From: a virus
IMG/VR virus record: IMGVR_UViG_3300031576_000011
Span: 1-64,000 of that record
Strand: one strand, 5' to 3'
DNA length: 64,000 bases
Shown: piece after piece, positions 61,871 through 64,000 of the stretch
How positions within the stretch are numbered: the stretch's first letter is position 1
Layout: each line of letters opens with the position of its first letter
Translations under genes and position numbers: made by a program
Notes under the pieces: model-generated
The model's input: the letters and a program-made list of their open reading frames with translations, nothing else
What the model was told of the DNA's origin: nothing
The model's database searches: none

Positions 61871-64000
61871 CTATCCGGTTACGGTCGTGCCATCTGGCAT
61901 GGCCGCCGGCATCGTGGCGTTGATCAGTTGCTGCTTCCGCACCAGCAGCCCGTGAACGCGACGGTCGAGCTCGTGGTCAGCCACAAGGCGCTGCACGAGC
62001 ACGCCGCGGTGCTGCCCGATCCTGCAAAGGCGATCTTCCGCCTGCTGGTTCAGGGCCGGGGTCCAGTCTAGGGACACGAACACGACGTGCGCCGCCTTGG
62101 TCAGTGTGAGCCCTGTCCCGGCCGCCTGGATGGTGCCGGCGAGCCCGCGGTGCGTCCCGGACTGGAAGGCCGCGGCCACCTCGGCCCGCCGCTCGTCTGG
62201 GGTGTCGCCGGTGATGGTGAGCCAGCCCGGCCGCGCGGCCACGAGGTCGATCGCGGCGCGATGGGGCGAGAACACGATCAGCGGCTCCTCCGCCTCCTCG
62301 TACGACTCGACGAGCTCGAGGAGCGCCGGGATCTTCGCGGCCGAGAGCGCCGTGCGCGCCGCCGAGATCCGGCGCATCACGTCCTCGGGAATCCGGAGAT
62401 CGACTTCCAGGGCGGCCTCCGAGAGCTCAATCCCGCAGCCCCGGAGCATCTCGAGGACGTCGTCGCACATCGTGCGCGTCGCCTTGTCGATGCCGTTCAC
62501 GAGGATGTCCTGGTACCGCTTCGGCGGCAGCTCAGGGAGCACGTCCATGCGCCGCCTGCGGAGGCAGACCTTGGCCAGCAGCCCAGGGACCTCGGGCGCA
62601 GGCATGCCCCACTCATACCCCCCGAAGTAGCCCTTGCGCGCGTCGAAGAGCCGGAGGAACCGGGGCCAGGATCCGAACGCCTCCTCGGCCAGGCTGGCGG
62701 CGTGGAGCACGTACCAGAGTTCGCTCGGGCGGTTGAGCATCGGGGTTCCAGAGAGCATCCAGGTCCGTCCCATCCGGTCGAGCACCGCTCGCGACACCGC
62801 CTCGAACTTTCGTGTCCGCTTGGACTGCCCGTTCTTCACGAGGTGGCAGTTGTGGACCAGGAGACCGTTCACCGAGTACGACGGGTGCCCTGCAACCTCG
62901 AGATTGTGGACGACAACCTCGCCGCCGTCGTAGCCCAGCGCTTCAAGATCTCGTCGTTCGAGAATCTCGACACCGTCCAGCCGAGCGAAGCCAGGACGCG
63001 GTCCTTGCGCCGATCCTGCGCCTGGCGATCGAGGGCCCGGTGTGATCCGCCATCTGCCTCGATCGCCAGGCGCAGGGCCGGGATGGCGACGTCGATCTTG
63101 TAGTGACACGGGGATCCCATCCGCCTGCCAGTCCGTATCACGAAGTTCGACTCGGCCATCGGACCAAGGAATCGCAAGAGCCTCCGCTCCGGTCTGGTCG
63201 GTCCGGCGCCATTCCCGCCGCGCACCGACGGCCGATGACCCATCGCACGAAGGGTCGCCGACAGCCGTTGCCTGACCGCGGCCCGCCACATCGGGTTGCG
63301 CGTCCGCATCCGCTTTGACGAGCGCGCCGCCAGCGATGGATCCCTTCGGTTGGCCGCTCGGCCGGCCGCGCTGATCCTGGCGCGCACCTTCGCACAGTAG
63401 ACCTTGGCTCTGATCTCTGGTTGCCACATTCTCCACGTCGCCGAGCAGGATGTTCCGCAGAATCTGGTGGGCCACGGGCGGTCCGGATACAGCCTTCGAC
63501 AGTACGCGCATCGCCGTGAGGGCTTGGGATGCATGGGTAGTCATCATCCACTGTCCAGGCACTAGGTCAAGAGCGCGGCGCCAGCCACGGCCTGTCATGA
63601 ACTTGTGGTTCTGGGTGACCACGATCGTGCTATCTCCAACGGTCAGCCGCACCATGCTCCGGGCTCGGCGGACGGACAACGCGAGCACGCGTCCAGCCCC
63701 TACCGCGTTGCAGACAACCTCGCCGACCCGCACACGCTCGATCGCCTTCGGGCCGCGCGGCGTGTCCACGAGCGTCCCGGATGGAAAGCACTCGTCCGCG
63801 ATGAGGATGGTGCCATCTGGCGGCGGGCCGTACTTCTCGTGCAGCACCTCACGCCGGTGCTCCCCGGGCTTGACGACGTCTGGCAAGACGTCGTAGTTGA
63901 GTACGACCGCGTGCCCAGGCTGCGGCCAGTGGAAGGACTTGCGCCCTCGCAGCACCTCGACCTTCAGGTCCGGGCGCCACTTCGCCGCCTCCGCCCGCCA
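61871..64000 (-). CDS. SNF2-family helicase (HARP-like), 5' end beyond window, intein-containing
   Basis: LNYDVL, DE/CH after splicing, LSGTPMLNRPSEL, LRRRRMDVLPELPPK, GTGLTLTKA, LDWTPALNQQAEDRLCRIGQ. Confidence 0.92.
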   Translation of the reverse strand, partial: WRAEAAKWRPDLKVEVLRGRKSFHWPQPGHAVVLNYDVLPDVVKPGEHRREVLHEKYGPPPDGTILIADECFPSGTLVDTPRGPKAIERVRVGEVVCNAVGAGRVLALSVRRARSMVRLTVGDSTIVVTQNHKFMTGRGWRRALDLVPGQWMMTTHASQALTAMRVLSKAVSGPPVAHQILRNILLGDVENVATRDQSQGLLCEGARQDQRGRPSGQPKGSIAGGALVKADADAQPDVAGRGQATAVGDPSCDGSSAVGARREWRRTDQTGAEALAIPWSDGRVELRDTDWQADGIPVSLQDRRRHPGPAPGDRGRWRITPGPRSPGAGSAQGPRPGFARLDGVEILERRDLEALGYDGGEVVVHNLEVAGHPSYSVNGLLVHNCHLVKNGQSKRTRKFEAVSRAVLDRMGRTWMLSGTPMLNRPSELWYVLHAASLAEEAFGSWPRFLRLFDARKGYFGGYEWGMPAPEVPGLLAKVCLRRRRMDVLPELPPKRYQDILVNGIDKATRTMCDDVLEMLRGCGIELSEAALEVDLRIPEDVMRRISAARTALSAAKIPALLELVESYEEAEEPLIVFSPHRAAIDLVAARPGWLTITGDTPDERRAEVAAAFQSGTHRGLAGTIQAAGTGLTLTKAAHVVFVSLDWTPALNQQAEDRLCRIGQHRGVLVQRLVADHELDRRVHGLLVRKQQLINATMPAAMPDGTTVTG
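62849..63790 (-). mobile_element. Intein (314 aa) inserted in the helicase DECH motif
   Basis: IADE/CFPSGT ... VTQNHKF ... VHNLEVAGHPSYSVNGLLVHN/CHLVK. Confidence 0.9.
62869..63534 (-). CDS. Vsr/DUF559-like endonuclease nested out of frame inside the helicase intein
   Basis: CAYC..RFCGTSC, TRPERRL, YKIDVA..LRLAIEADGGSH, DRRKDRVLASLGWTVSRFSN. Confidence 0.85.
   Translation of the reverse strand: MHPKPSRRCAYCRRLYPDRPWPTRFCGTSCSATWRMWQPEIRAKVYCAKVRARISAAGRAANRRDPSLAARSSKRMRTRNPMWRAAVRQRLSATLRAMGHRPSVRGGNGAGPTRPERRLLRFLGPMAESNFVIRTGRRMGSPCHYKIDVAIPALRLAIEADGGSHRALDRQAQDRRKDRVLASLGWTVSRFSNDEILKRWATTAARLSSTISRLQGTRRTR

Noticed and set aside
1-64000. Extracellular contractile injection system or tailocin
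   Set aside because: Terminase, portal, protease and capsid genes are present, so this is a complete phage morphogenesis set

Overview
This 64 kb window (GC about 70% by eye) is most of the genome of a contractile-tailed (myovirus-type) dsDNA phage or prophage. No host housekeeping genes were recognised and both edges cut through genes. 1-12.1 kb (minus strand) is a translationally coupled string of small accessory genes (HD hydrolase, DUF433-like, MmcB-like nuclease, nucleotidyltransferase, HNHs, thermonuclease, Dam-like MTase). 12.3-16.1 kb holds a tnpB-only IS200/IS605 element and a serine recombinase. 16.1-51.9 kb (plus) is packaging, head, neck, tail and baseplate: an intein-containing TerL, portal, a DNA methyltransferase fused to an XkdF-like prohead protease, MCP, sheath, tube, a frameshifted chaperone, tape measure and baseplate genes. 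52-56.7 kb is recombination/regulation. 56.6-64 kb (minus) runs SNF2 helicase (with intein) > DUF932 > nuclease-less Nop/IS110-like protein > HNH > a 48-unit, 34-bp-period dual-repeat/dual-spacer array. The top finding is this last locus, which has the architecture of a TIGR-Tas-type RNA-guided DNA-targeting system with a short 34-nt unit and a separately encoded, translationally coupled HNH nuclease. Two array units differ only by changes that are synonymous when the two spacers are read on opposite strands. Other highlights: a helicase intein whose endonuclease sits in an overlapping alternative frame, the MTase-protease fusion, and an exactly reconstructable tnpB insertion site. All family assignments come from motif recognition by eye; no searches were run.
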